Below are positions 9,606-23,300 of a stretch of DNA of 64,000 bases, piece by piece (position 1 is the stretch's first letter; the number at the start of each line of letters is the position of its first letter). The position numbers were made by a program, and so were the translations under genes. The DNA is taken from the NCBI GenBank assembly GCA_030390025.1, contig CM059433.1, positions 17,114,001 through 17,178,000 of the forward strand, given 5' to 3'. This DNA is from Squalus acanthias (taxonomy: Eukaryota). The notes beneath the pieces were generated by a model. The model was not told the DNA's origin. It did not search any database and saw only the letters and a list, made by a program, of their open reading frames with translations.

Positions 9606-11988
9606 ATGCTGCACAACCTCGCCATCATGAGGGCACAACCCTTGCCACCAGCTATACGGCAACCAGCGCAGGAGGAGGAAGAGGAAGGGATGAGGCAACC
9701 CAGACAGCCCCTTTCTGGCCGGGCTCTCTGTGACTGTCTCATCCAGCTGCGATACCAGTAAATGCAACCCCAATTCCATATTCACCAACACCTTCCTTCC
9801 CTCTGTTACTGACCATCACAGCGTCCGCTTGGCCACAATGCAAAAATGAAAGCCAACAAAAAATAAACATTCCAAACCAAATTTATAAATCAAACCATAC
9901 CATGTTGCATAGAAACGGCAACTAATCATCCTTGTGCATTCCCTTAGTGCTTGTCTTCCGTGTGCCTAGTGCTCCTACGCAGTGCTACCCCAGTGGCTGC
10001 GGCATGGCTGGTGGAAGGCTGCTGACTTCCAGTGGGGGAGACTGCAGATGGCCTTGCAGGACGACCTCAAGCAACTCTGGGCTTAGAAGGTCTGGTTGCA
10101 CCATCTTGGCATGGGCGGCAGCAGTCTGGGCTGGCTGACTGACAGGTAACAGCAAGGGCACTGGCAAAGTGGCAGTGGTGGGAGGACAAATACTGTCATC
10201 CTGAGAGAGGACAGCAGGTTTTTGCGCCACGGAGCCACTGCCACTCTCCCGGGCGGCACCTCAGCAATCCTAATAATCTGTTGGAGGACAGATTGCTGGA
10301 CTGTTGTGAAGCCCTACAAACCCCTTTGAACACTGGTACCGGGGCCACGATGGCAGTAGTATGAGCTTCCACTGCAGCACCCAGACGTTGGGTGGCTTCA
10401 ACTTGTGCTGCAATGGAAGCTGAGACATCGACCATCAGATGCTGCATCATGGCTGTGTCCGCAAGTGTGCTGCTGGAGTTGGCCATCACTTCCATGCTGG
10501 AAAGGATGGGCTCAAAAGTTCTGTGCAAAGCTCTGTGCCAAGTTGGTGCCAGAATCCTCCTTGCTCCTTGACATTGCACGCAGGCTTCCTGGCAGGCCTG
10601 TATGCACCAAGCATTTCATTGTGCATACCCATTGGCCTTCTTCTGTAGCCTGCCCCATTGAAGTGCTCATCTGAGTCCTCTGCAGCAGAACACATGTGCG
10701 ACCTTGCCATCCGGCGAGCTGGCACCTGCGCTACCCTTCTCCCCTGCCCTGGCTGCAGGCCACTGATGCCCGGTGTCTCACCACTTGCAGATCCCATGTC
10801 TAACCTATCCTCTAAATTACGCGGAGTGTCAGTACCTGAGCTGGTGGCAGGTTACAATTATTCGGTATCTGAAAGGAGAAAGGCACAATGGTAGGGTTGT
10901 GGTGCGGGGAGGGGAGGAAAGTTAGAGATGCATGCTTACATCATCTGCAGCTTTTAAACCAAAAAACATTGTGGGATAAAGGGGAAGTGGGATGTGAGAA
11001 GGAGGATTAGGTATGAGTATCCCGTCCTCTTTGATGGTTTCAGCCCTGCCGCTGGCCCCTCTAATGAATACAACCACTGTCTCCTCCATCAGAGTAAGGT
11101 CATGCAGCCATGCTTGTCCCACACCAGTTAGCCCCTACTGCCTCTGGTTATACGCCAACTTGTCCTACAAGAGAGGGGGAAGTGTGTCAATGAGTGTGGT
11201 GCAATGTGTTTGGGTGATGTGTCTGTCATTGTTGAATAGCTGACTGTGTGCAAGCTGTGAGATGTGGGTGTGAGTCTTGCAGCAGTGCTAAATGTGTGAG
11301 GGTGAGGTGAGGTATGAGTCCTGTTGGTCGGTGAGTGATGGGGGTGTGGTGCATTGGGCAGTGTGTGAGGCTAGTGGTGCAGTTGGTGGGATGTGGCACT
11401 TGAAGATGAATTCACTGACCTTAACCACTCGTGTGAGGTCACTGAACTTTTTGCGGCTCTGCATCCAGGTCCTCGGGGCTTGACTCCTGGCATTGACCAC
11501 CACGGCTATTTGTTCCCAATGCCTTTGCAGAGTTTGTCTGGAGGGCCTCCTTGCTCCCTGCGGATAGAGGACCTCTCGCCTTCTGTCCACCTCCTTCACC
11601 AAGGTCTCCAGTGCAGTGTCAGAGCACATTGGAGCATACACTCTCCTCTGTTGCGCCATTATTCAGTCTGCTTCCTGCTCAGAGTCTCCTCCACAAAGAG
11701 TTCCAGCACCTGCCCCAGCCACAATGCACCTCCCCTTTCAGAGGTGCAGGCTGTCTTTAAGTAGTGCAGGTTAGCTTTAAGTGGTGTTAGCCTCACACAA
11801 ACTTCTGCCCTCTGCTGAGGTATGCAGCCACTCAACAGCGTGTTTAGCGCTGGCTGCACGCTCCAATCATCTAAATTAGCAGGCAGCACGAAGTTTGCAT
11901 GCTGCCTGCATTGGAAACAATGGGCATGGGTTAATCGCACATTGTGATCCCCATACCCGTTTTTGGGGGCTATCCAATTTAGTCCCCT
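9606..11988. mobile_element. PIF/Harbinger transposon, left part missing
   Basis: Transposase C-terminus on plus (9606-9761, [15 protein letters not shown]...LIQLRYQ*) convergent with a Myb/SANT gene on minus. Ends in AATTTAGTCCCCC at 11988. Confidence 0.85.
9930..11659 (-). pseudogene. Harbinger Myb/SANT-like DNA-binding protein gene, three exons, degenerate
   Basis: Exon 1 11659-11420 (ALETLVKEVDRRREVLYP...WEQIAVVVNA...RTWMQSRKKFSDL, donor GTCAGT). Exon 2 from 11164 (acceptor TTGTAG, TGVGQA motif, in-frame stop). Exon 3 from 10868 (acceptor TTTCAG), with frameshifts. Confidence 0.8.
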
Positions 11989-13276
11989 TTGTCTCTTGCA
12001 CCATATTGTATATCTTAAAACTCCCTTGTGTAGGAAACCGTTGTAAATTTTTTGTTACTATATAGCGTAAATGTCCTTAAACAATGATGCAGCATGGGCT
12101 ATTTCATTTTTTTAGTGCAACAACTGGTCATGTGCTCCCAAATGGGCCATTTGTAAAAGTGTTCTTCCTGTTAATATAATTGTGACAATTTACCATCTTA
12201 GCAGAAATATAACCTCCTGTAACAGAATGACTTGTGTTTCTCACACTATTCTTATAATCTCAAAGTAAATGTCAGCTCAGAATTCATGCTGAGTTTGATG
12301 GCAATTTTCTGCTAGGAGTTGGCTTGGTGTTAATCCATTTTATTTTGGATATTTAGTATAATCTCAATCATGACTAAAATCAAAGTTCTAATTTTGAGTA
12401 TTGTTCAATATCGTTTTAGTGTTCTTTATTCCTTACCACCTTTTTGTGTGGTTAAATTGTCGCTCATTGTACTGAAATGAGTAGCAGTATGAAGCTGTGT
12501 ACAGATTCTGTTTACATACAAGACCTAGCATTTTCCAGGTATAAACCAGGGTTAATAGCAGGGTGTTGGTTCCTGTCCTGTCGATGAACAGAAGCCCTGC
12601 AAGGAGAATGGCCTATACTTAAAAGAGGAAAGTAATATTCAGCAAAATCCACATGAGGATAATGCTGATTTGACCTGTTCCTTTGTCCAACCCGTTAATC
12701 ATGTCTCTAGAGCATGCTGCAATACACACATTGCTTTTATATAAGAATGTAATATTCAGTTAATTTCTTAGCCTCCAGTAAGCCCATATGTTTCATTTTT
12801 TTGTTTCGGATTACGCATAAACAGTGATGAAAATTGAGAATTATCTGTTTCATTTTCCAGTAAAGTGTCCTTTAGTGCCTCATATTTCGGTTGAATAATT
12901 GGTTTTGCCTGATCCCAGAAGTAAGTTCTGGTGTACGTGTTCGATTTTAATATCAAAAAAGTATTATTACTGAAGCCCCACACTGTTGTTAGTTATTACT
13001 TTTAATTTAGGTTTGTTGATTTAGTGGAGTAACGCGATACAGTTCACTTCCTCTGATTTCATGTGTGCAGCCACCATAATAAATGCGTTTGACAATCTTG
13101 GTTTTTTCTTTCCACCAGTGTGCAAACCTATATTATAGCTGAAGTGGATATTGTACCAGTGATTAATTCTCAGAGATTATTTGTTGTTTTTAAATTTACT
13201 TCACAGATTTATAGAGGGGTCTTCTGCTTCTTCTGGTGTCATTGTGAACCACAAGGTTTTGGATGATTTGAATCAG

Positions 13277-14907
13277 GGGACCTGAAATTGCGGATCGGAG
13301 GCTTCCTGCGGGCGAATGCCTCCGATCCGCAAGAAAAGTACGCACCCACCTGGTGCCTCCGTATCTTCGGACTCTTGTGGGCCTGCAGGCGTACGCCTGC
13401 GTAAAGGCCCACGTATCCCAGGGGGCGCAGGCGGTTCGCAAGCATCCTATGGGATCATGTGGGCCGACCCAACCAATCAAAAAGGGGATTCCATTTATGT
13501 ACAGAATCCTCATAAGCATAATAGGAATGACATAAAAAACACTTTCCCACAACCTAAATAAAAATAAATCACCACATGTTTAAAATTAATAAAAATACAA
13601 TTTAATTAAACATTTAAAACAAAAATTTAATTTTTTGAAAAATAAATTTAAACATTTTTAAAGGGGCCAAAAATAACCTAAACTAATTTTAATGATTTTT
13701 GAATGTTTAAATGATTTTAAAAAAAATGTATTTTAAGATTTATTTTCACCCTTACACTGGTAAAAGAAGGCCCTATGCCTGATTTTTACCAGGCGTAAGG
13801 GTTTCGTGAGCATTCGTTGGGCAAATAGCCCAACTCTCTGCCCGCGAATGTCCATTTCCTGCTCACGCGACTGATCTAGGTGGCAGTGTTAGTTGCGAAG
13901 AGGATGTGAAGAGGCTTCAAGGGGATCTCGACAGGCTCAGTGAGTGGGCGAGAACATGGCAGATGGAATATAATGTGGATAAATGTGAGGTTATCCACTT
14001 TGGTAGAAAAAACAGAAAGGCAGAGTATTTCCTAAATGGTGAAAGATTGGGGAATGCAGATGCTCAAAGGGACCTGGGTGTCCTTGTACATGAGTCAGTG
14101 AAAGTGAATGTGCAGGTGCAGCAAGCCATTAGGAAGGCAAATGGTATGCTGGCCTTCATTACAAGAGGATTTGAGTACAGGAGTAAAGAAGTCTTACTCC
14201 AATTATATAGGGCCTTGGTGAGACCACACCTGGAGTACTGTGTACAATTTTGGTCTCCTTATCGAAGGAAGGATATACTTGCCATAGAGGGAGTGCAACG
14301 AAGGTTCACGAGATTGATTCCTGGGATGGCGGGACTGTCATATGAGAAGAGATTGAGTAAACTAGGCCTGTATTCTCTTGAATTCAGAAGAATGAGAGGG
14401 GATCTCATTGAAGCATACAAAATTATTACAGGGCTTGATAGGATGGATGCTGGGAGAATATTTCCCTTAGCTGGGGAGTCTAGAACCAGGGGCCACAGCC
14501 TCAAGATAAAGGGTAGGCCATTCAGGACTGAGATGAGAAGACATTTCTTCAGAGGGTGGTGAATCTTTGGAATTCTCTACCCCAGAGGGCTGTGGAGGCT
14601 CAGTCATTGGGTATATTCAAAACCGAAGTCGATAGATTTCTGACTAGTAAGGGCATCAAGGGATATGGCGATAGGGCCGGTGAATGGAGTTGAAGCAGAA
14701 GATCAGCCATGATCTCATTGAATGGTGGAGCAGGGCCGAATGGTCTACTCCTGCTCCTATTTCTTATGTTCTTATATCTGCCAAGCTGAAACTTGACATC
14801 GCATGTTCCAGGTTTTTGCGCATGCACAGCGCACGTGGAAACCTGGAACTTGTGGGGTACTTACGACTGCGTGCGTACGTGATCATAGGCCCCGTAAAAT
14901 CTGGGCC
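13277..14907. mobile_element. Non-autonomous Harbinger-type element interrupted by a CR1
   Basis: Termini GGACCTGAAATTGCGG versus reverse complement GGCCCAGATTTTACGG. CpG-rich palindromic ends and an AT-rich core. Confidence 0.6.
13877..14775 (+). mobile_element. CR1 LINE, 5'-truncated
   Basis: ORF 13906..14562 is the CR1 RT C-terminus; TTCTTATG tail. Confidence 0.95.
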
Positions 14908-15627
14908 ATTGATTTTTGTATAGGAGAATTCACTGCAGCATTCTATTTACTGTGAAATTCACAATGTATTGGTAAAATGTTAAATACACTGACACATTCA
15001 CAAAATATTGTCCTGGATTTACTGAACTAGCCTTCTTTCATTCACCTACAGTATATACATTTCAATTCTGTAATTAATGATTGCATTGCTAACAGCAATA
15101 TAACAAACATTTGTGAAAACATAGAGCCTGACTACCCATCTTTTTTGTTGCCTGTAATCTGAAATATTGATTATTGCTTTTGGAATTAAATGATGTGTCA
15201 TAAAGCTGTCCAGTGTTTATACTGCAAGAAGCCCTAGTTTTTCAAATGAGCAAACATCTGTACTTGGAAAATTGTGAGAACTGAGCTGGCATATTAAAGA
15301 AAAAGAATTGTTATGGTAACAGCAAATACGGGTTTTGGGGGGGAATAAAGGTACAGTTCCTCTTGGAAACAAAACCAACTCTGGTGAGAAGTTCTAGTCA
15401 TCTTGTAGGACTGACTCTCTCATTTTGAAAGAGTTAGATTTTATTGACTCAGGTGGCTGATAAAGAAGTATGTGATAGTCTTCCAGAGACTCACTCTATA
15501 AGAGCAGTCTTATTTTTTAAATTGAAAGTAGTGGGTAGTTCTATTTGTTAATAAATCAGTACAAAGCAAAGTCAAATATCGTTTTTTTTCTCTGACATAG
15601 CATTAGAAGCAAAGTAAGCCCTGCAAA

Positions 15628-16275
15628 ACATAGGAACATTAGGAACAGGAGTAGGCCATTCAGCCCCTCGAGCCAGCTCCACTTTTCATTTAGATCATGG
15701 CTTATCTGCACCTCAACACCATTTACCCACCTTCGCTCCATATCCTTCGATACCCTTACCTAACAAAAATCTATCTATCTCAGTCTTGAAAGATCCAATT
15801 GTCCCAGCATCCACAGCCTTTTGGGGAGAGAGTTCCAGATTTCTACTAGTACCCTTTGTGTGAAAAAGTGATTTCGTTCCTGAATGGCCGAGCTCTAATT
15901 TTAATATTATGTCCCCTTGTTCTTGATTCCCCTACCAGAGGAAATAGTTTCTCTGTATCTACCTTATCAAATCCTTTTAACATTTTAAAGACCTCGATCA
16001 GGTCACCCCTCAATCTTCTATACTCAAGGGAATACAAGGCAGGTTTATGCAACCTGTCCTGATAATTTAGCCCACTAAGCCCCAGTATCATTCTGGTGAA
16101 TCTACGCTGCAACCCCTTCAAGGCCAATATATCCTTCCTGAGGTGCGGTGCCCAAAGCTGAACACAGTACTCCAGATGGGATTTGATCAAGGCTCTATAG
16201 AATTAAAGAATAACTTCCTCCCCTTTGTATTCCAGCCCCCTTGAGATAAAGGCCAACATTTCATTAGCATTTTTG
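15628..16275 (-). mobile_element. CR1 LINE 3' fragment (resumes briefly at ~17021-17042)
   Basis: ORF 15846..16190 (HLEYCVQLWAPHL, RRLRGDLIEVFKML); tail at 15628. Confidence 0.9.
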
Positions 16276-17020
16276 ATTGGGAAATGCTGATGTACAAAGG
16301 GACCTGGATGTCCTTGTACACCAGTCACTGAAAGCAAACATGCAGGTGCAGCAAGCAGTTAGGAAGGCAAATGGTATATTGGCCTTCATTGCAAGAGGAT
16401 TTGAATACAGGAGCAAGGATGTCTTACTACAGTTGTACAGGGCCTTGGTGAGACCACACCTGGAGTACTGTGTGCAGTTTTGGTCTCCTTACCTAAGAAA
16501 GGATATACTTGCCATAGAGGGGGTGCAGCGAAGGTTCACCAGACTGATTCCTGGGATGGCAGGACTGTCGTATGAGGAGAGATTGGGTCGACTAGGCCTG
16601 TATTCACTCGAGTTTAGAAGAATGAGAGGGGATCTCATTGAAAGGTATAAAATTATGACCGGGCTAGACAGACTGGATGCAGGGAGGATGTTTCCCTTGG
16701 CTGGGGGGTCCAGAACGAGGGGTCACAGTCTCAGGATACGGGGTAGGACATTTAGGACTGAGATGAGGAGAAATTTCTTCACTGAGAGGGTGGTGAACCT
16801 GTGGAATTCTCTACCACAGAAGGCTGTGGAGGCCAAGTCACTGAATATATTTAAGAAGGAGATAGATAGATTTCTAGACACAAAAGGTGTCAAGGGGTAT
16901 GGGGAGAGAGCGGGAATATGGTATTGAGATAGAGGATCAGCCATGATCATATTGAATGGCAGAGCAGGCTCGAAGGGCCGAATGGCCTACTCCTGCTCCT
17001 ATTTTTCTATGTTTCTATGT
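16276..17020 (+). mobile_element. CR1 LINE, 5'-truncated, nested in the preceding copy
   Basis: ORF 16277..16927; TTTCTATG tail. Confidence 0.95.
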
Positions 17021-17059
17021 TTTTGTGCCTGTCTACTAACCTACATAGAATATATGCAT

Positions 17060-18680
17060 CATGTCTCAGTTTAATCTGCCAAAAGCTGTGGCCAGAGTGG
17101 CGTTCCATCCTCAGTGCTTTCTAGAATGGAAGAGGAACTAAAAAAAAAATTAAACATGCTGGCACCATTGAACCAACAGAATGGTGTGCACCGATGGTTC
17201 CAACTGTAAAAGTGAATGGCAAAGTCCAGATCTGAAAAGGTTAGACGAAGCTGTGAAATAGAAAATATTCATGCTTCTTACACTGGAGGATATTGCCTCC
17301 AAATTGGCTGAATTTTCCTCATTAGATACATCATTCAGGATTTGGCAGCTACTGTTGCATCCAGATAAGGCCCTTGTCATCGTTTTCTTTTTTTAGCCCA
17401 CTCGGTATGTTACGTTTCCACCAAATGCCTTTTAGAATTATATCGGTGCCAGAAATATTTCAGCAAAAGATGACTTTCTTTTTGAAAGGACTGGAAGGGA
17501 ATGTATCTATTATGCATGAGATCCTTGTCTTTGGAGCATCAGATGCAGTCCACAGTGTATGCCTGGAGACAGTATTGGATACACTTTTTGGAATCTAGAT
17601 TGAAATTGAACAAAAACAGATACTAACTATATAAGCAGAAGCTGGAGTATTTTGAACACCTCATTGGTGGAGACCAATTAAACTTGATCCAAGTAAAGTC
17701 AAGGCTATCGGTATGCCCGCAGGAATGGTAATGAATTATGACAAATTTTAGAGATGATCAACTACTTCGGTTTCTGTCAGAATTGTCATCTGTTTTCCAT
17801 CCAATGACTTACTAAAGACAGAGATGGAATGGATTTATAATCATGCCAAAACTAATCATTTGAGAAAGTTAAGAACATGGTATCATTAATACCACCAGTG
17901 TTAATGTTTTATAACATAAGCAAACCTAGAGTGGTGAGCAGTTACTGCTTGTGAGGTGCATTGTTCCAGCAGCATGGAATTAAGTGTTCACCAGTTGCAT
18001 TTTGCTTCTAAACTTTGATGGAAATGGAAAGAAGCTACAGGCAAATTGAAGAAAATGCATCTTGCAGGTGTATGGACTTAAGCGATTTGCCTGATACAGT
18101 CTAACACAGACAACTTTCAAGTTATTTACTGACCATAAACTTTTGATACCAATAATTAACTGAGATTTGGATGAAACATCACCTAGAATATTGGTATGTC
18201 CCAGGGAAAGAGATGGTCAATGCACTATCGAGGAATCCTACTTCAATATATATGTGCACGAGATACTGATGAAGTACAAACCTATGTTGAAGCAATTAAG
18301 ACCAGCAATTGGATGTCTGGGCAGAGAGTTGAACTTGAGAGGCAGTAATTACAGACAGAAAATTTCAATTGGCTACAGGGTGAAGTGGAGAAGGATGTCT
18401 GAAGTATATTCAAAGTGTCCCTAATGAATTGAGGGTATTATAGTGTACATGACGGTCTCTGAGTAATGACTGGTTTTCTAGTGTTTTGGAATAGGACCAT
18501 TATTTCTGGTGGAATGAGGAACAAGATTTGTGATAGAATCTACAAGGACCATCCGGGTATAGGAGTGAAAGTACCTTCATGTGAGTTTTGGCTGGTTAAT
18601 AAACTAGCTTAAAAGAAAGACCCTGTGACCACACCATTACCAGGCTGACCTTAGCAGAAGATTGAAGTGAACTCTGAGGA
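17060..18680 (+). mobile_element. Highly decayed Ty3/Gypsy pol relic (RT-RNase H)
   Basis: Fragments DLKRLDEAVK, TLEDIASKLA, GFWQL, RFHQMPFRIISVPEIFQQKMTFFLKGLEGNVSIMHEILVFG (decayed xxDD site) and FKLFTDHKLLIPII. No LTRs seen. Confidence 0.75.
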
Positions 18681-18934
18681 CAACGCCTTGCAGTTATTAG
18701 GGCAGATTTTCCTCTTGTGTTTGGATCCAGAGGATTGCCTAGCCGCAGCACATAGAGGAAAATTGTGGGGGAGAGAGAGACAGGATAAGCAGAGAATTGT
18801 TAATATGCTCAATGATTAGTTCCTTGAAGTATTGACTAGAGACTCCTACAGTGACATAGCCTACATAATCCATGCTTATTAAGGGGCTTTTGATATCATA
18901 CAGACAATAGATTCATAATGGGTTTGTGACTCAA

Positions 18935-19460
18935 AATGAACAAATCCCAGGGACAGATGGTATCTATCCCACAATACTGAGAGACAAGGTATAAAATATG
19001 TAAGTGCCAATGATCATGAGAGAGTTATTGAATGTTAGGGAGATACTAGGAGACACAAAACAAGCTAATTCCATACCCGTATTGAAGAAGTAAGGTGGAT
19101 CTAAACGAGACAGCTGTACTGAGGACTAATTTACTAGATTATTCTCATGCAGGTATTCTTGCATAAGTATCTTGTAAAATAATGGAATTGATTATGAGGA
19201 GTGAGTTTAGGAGAATAATCTGGAAGCTAACCTCTTGGACTTTTTTGAGGAAATGACATTCCAAGAAAACAGTGGAAAACCATATGACTTGGTGCATTTA
19301 GATTTCCCAAAACTTCCACTTAAAGTTCTTCATGCAAGACTGCTACTGAAACTTGAAACAATGGGAATTCAAGGTAAAACTTGGAGCTGAATAAGGAATT
19401 GGCTGAAGTAAAGTGGGTGTTTGTTAGGGAAGTGATGTAAGGATGGAGGAAATACTGAGT
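18935..19460 (+). mobile_element. Ancient CR1 RT relic
   Basis: PGTDGIYPTILR and NLLDFFEEMT...KPYDLVHLDF fragments. Confidence 0.65.
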
Positions 19461-20049
19461 GGATTTGGCATGTACTACCATTTGAAAGAAATTGCTTAGC
19501 ATTCAAAAGGGGAAATATCCTTAACAGTAAAAACATCTGCTCAAGCATTTCCGATCATTGTTGCTATTGGGTGCATTTTAGAAGGTGTGTAGAGTTTTGT
19601 AAGACGCACTTCAGTATATACCACCAGAGACTGCCTGTATTGATAGTTTGCTGAAGGGGATCTGGAGAACAATGGACTCTTAAATAGCCACCCCAGTTAT
19701 ATGTATTGTAAATGGTCAATTGTGCTATCTTCTATTTTGCCAATTTTTTGCCTCTCTGAATCATTTTATTATATAAATACATCTAGACCATGGTTTAGCC
19801 TGTACAAAGGTCGAGCATTATGAATAGTATCTGCCTTCTGAATTAATAAGAAATGTAGCCGGCATCCTCTGTGTTCTCCAGTAAGTAATTTACCATGATA
19901 GCATTTAATTATTAGACTTGAGCCATGCTGACTCAGTGTAGCAGAAGAGTAAAAGGCAGATGTGGTGAGAAGTTGTTATTTTAAAGGACTAACCTCTTCC
20001 ACTCGCCATTGATCGGTATAACCGCGTCCTTAAGTAAATCTTGTTCTGA

Positions 20050-20330
20050 CTTGGAATCCAATGCCACCCGACTTGCCTTGTTATCAACTGCTTCACACTG
20101 AGCAGTGATCATTCCCAAATCCTTTTCCTTTTCATGCCTGCCAGTAGAGTGTACAACAGGACCATTTCAGGTTATAGACATGCTTACTGTTACTTGTTCC
20201 TATATGCATTACCCTGCATCTATCCACATTAAAATCTATCTGCCATATCTCAAGTAATTGGTTCAAGCTTTCCTGAAGATAACAAGTTTCCTTTCTACTT
20301 GTTACCTGTGCATGTAGCTTTGTGTCAACA
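20050..20330 (-). mobile_element. Ancient CR1 RT relic
   Basis: Reverse complement resembles the FADDTKL...WQIDFNVDRCRVMHIG region. Confidence 0.5.
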
Positions 20331-23300
20331 AATATAATAATGTGTACTAGATGTCTTCCAGAGTTTGTCTGTAAAAACAGTCTCTTTTTAAAAAAATTTT
20401 AAAAAAAAACTGAAATCTAATAATGTGCAGATCTATTTATTAATAAATCGATTTTAAAACAAAGACAAAACCAAATCTAGTTTTTGTAACAAATATTGGG
20501 CATCAAATCATTTGCCTTGGTGAAATGTTTGTTTCCTGTCTGTTCTTCACTGAATAAACTAGATTTTACCATTGATAAATCCTGAGATATTGCTTTTCTA
20601 TTTTGGTCTATTTATTGCTGTAAAACTAGTGAAATGTGACATCACTATAAATATTTGTCAAAGCTGGTAGGCATTTTAAAATCCAGTTTTGTTGAATTTA
20701 GAACATTGCAGCTGTGCAATCAAAATTAGTTAGTACCAATGATTTACATTCATGCCTGGTAGATTGTGTAAGACATGTGTGTAATGGTACCTTCACTAAC
20801 ATGCTGTGCAGCAGATGAAATTTGACAGTTACAAGCTTGGTTGGTTATTAATCTTTTGAAAGTCTGCAGTGGCTGCATGGGAAGCATAAAACTGAGCCTG
20901 CATCCAAAGAGATCAATAAGTTAAACTTTGGTTGAGCCTAGAGAAAATTTCCTGTTAACAGAGCAGTTTTGAGTGCCAGCCAAAATCCATTTAGTCTACA
21001 CTCCTTGAGTATATTGCTCTTGAAGGCTGCACCAAAACCTGCTAAAGTAAGAAGCAGTGTACAGTTGTTTTTCCATTTAAGTCACTGCATCTTCCATACT
21101 CGTACTGCTTCACGCACTGGTTGAATATAGTAACTGAAAGGCTTAAGTGATGCATGCTACACATAAGAGATAAAGGTTCTTTGATATTTTGTTACATTCA
21201 GTAATAGAGCACTCTGTTCTGCTGAAAATCTTGTCTTTTGAAATTCTTACATAATTTCTCATCAAACAGTTGAGTACAGCTCGTCTCGCACATCCTTCGA
21301 TAGAAAGCAGCGGTGTTTTGTTGCAGCATCTGACTCTCTTGAGCAATTCATGATTTCACACATGTTTTGCTCTATCTTTAGCATGCACACAATTAGGACA
21401 AATTTAATGTTTTCGTTATCAGCATATCCAAACTGAGTAGTTTACCGTTACAGTTTTGTTTCTATAGTGGAAAATATGGCAATTCTTGTTGATGAGTTTG
21501 TAGAAGTGTTGTCAAATTGGGAGGGATTAAGCATTTTTTATGTATTGATTTTCTACCTTAATGCAATTTTCCTTTTTTGGATGAATTCAATTCCTCTCCC
21601 TCCTTTGGTCCCAAACACCTTTTCCAACCGAGAGACATTTGCCGCTATAGATCTACTGCTGGGTAGTGGACAAGAAGTCCAGAATTGACTGAAACTCTCT
21701 GAATTATTTAATTTTTTTACACCCCTCTTTCTGGAATAGAAGCATGTTGCCTTTGCTTTGTGTCTTCTCTGGCTACAATTTGGAATTTGCAACGTGGAAG
21801 TAGGAAGTGTGGTGCTCTATGCTGACGCTCGTTGATGCATTCAGCTGGTGTGTCACTGTAATACCTCTGTAGAATACTGAAATTGAGATAACTGGATTTT
21901 TCTTTCCTTTTCATTTAAAAAAAATAACAGCCTTCTGCAGCCTCGAGCAATTTATTGATTTTTGCCCAGCGATTTAAAAAAAAAAAATTTGTATTTTTTT
22001 AACAACATAGCTTTTATTTTTAAATGTAAAGCTCCTAATTGGACATATGTTCTCCCTTTCTCCCCCATTATTTTTAAGGAAAAAGGCAATGATCCTGTTC
22101 CAAAAACCAGCACAACCCTTGGCTGTTCGTCCTTAGCACAATGCAAGCAAAAATGGCTTCAGCATCTGAAATACAAACTGAAAATGCTGGAAGTGCACAG
22201 GAGGTCCATCAGCATCTGTAAAGAAAAAAAGACTGATTAATGCTTTAGGTATAGACCTTGTTGTTTTATTTAAGTTTTTCCAGCATTTTACAGTTTATTT
22301 TTCTTTTTATTTGCAACTAGCATCTGTTGATGGTCAGGCTCTATGAGTATCTAACGCCTCTGAAATTCTGAAACACTACAAAACAAGTCTATCTTCTACT
22401 GCATATGCAGTGTCTGTGCAAAGATGATGCCAGTGTTCAATGCAATATTAATCCATCCCAATGTTTTTCTTTGCTACCTCCTTCATCGCTCTTGTGTTAG
22501 TATCTTGACTAGCTCATTCATGGATTGTGCAGGACCTTTTCTTATGCTACTGAACTTAGCTTGTTTTGAAATTTATATAAAGTTTCAATTTAGTTTCTTT
22601 AATGCCTATTCTTTTAAGCCACCAGTCCTTCTAGTTGCAGAACATAGGTTTTTTTTTCTTGACTGAAATGTTCTAGCTTACCTGGTTTTTCATTTTGGAA
22701 AAAACTGCTATTTAATGTAATCCTTTCACTGCACATATTAAGGAACATGTTGGTTATAAAATATTTAAATTTTGCTATATATTTATAAAGTTGAACTACA
22801 AAAATAGATGGAATTGGGCATTTATTCTTCAAAAGTCTTTAACATAAATGAAAACAGCCTGATGGGTCCATTATTCTTGTTCTGAAGTTGAAGTGTCCTT
22901 GTATTTTATTTTGGTGGAGGAGATGTTAATGCACTTCTTCAGGAGGACTCATTTTGTCTTTTTAAGAGTTCCTTATACATTTTGCTTGTGTTGTTTAAAA
23001 AAATCAGTGGACTGTCATTTACATGTGTGAAAATTAACTTTTTTTAAATAGTATAATAAGTGCTTCTCTATAACTACCACCTATGCGTTTACATTTCTGT
23101 ATGAGAAAATCCTGTCAATCGCTTAATAAATTCAGAGTTGGCCATTTCACTTGTATAAATCCATTCTTGGTTTGCAATATTGTTTATTCAGTTTATTTTA
23201 TGTATTTTATTTGCTTTAATATTTGGTTCCATATTCAGCATAAAGTTATTGCATGTTAATTGTTTTCATTTTCCCATGATTTTCGACGTGTTTTCATCCA

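Noticed and set aside
12861..12920. 60-bp segment with good acceptor (TTTTCCAG) and donor (GTAAGT) on plus
   Set aside because: Stops in all three frames; cannot be supported as a coding exon, and a non-coding exon is untestable here.
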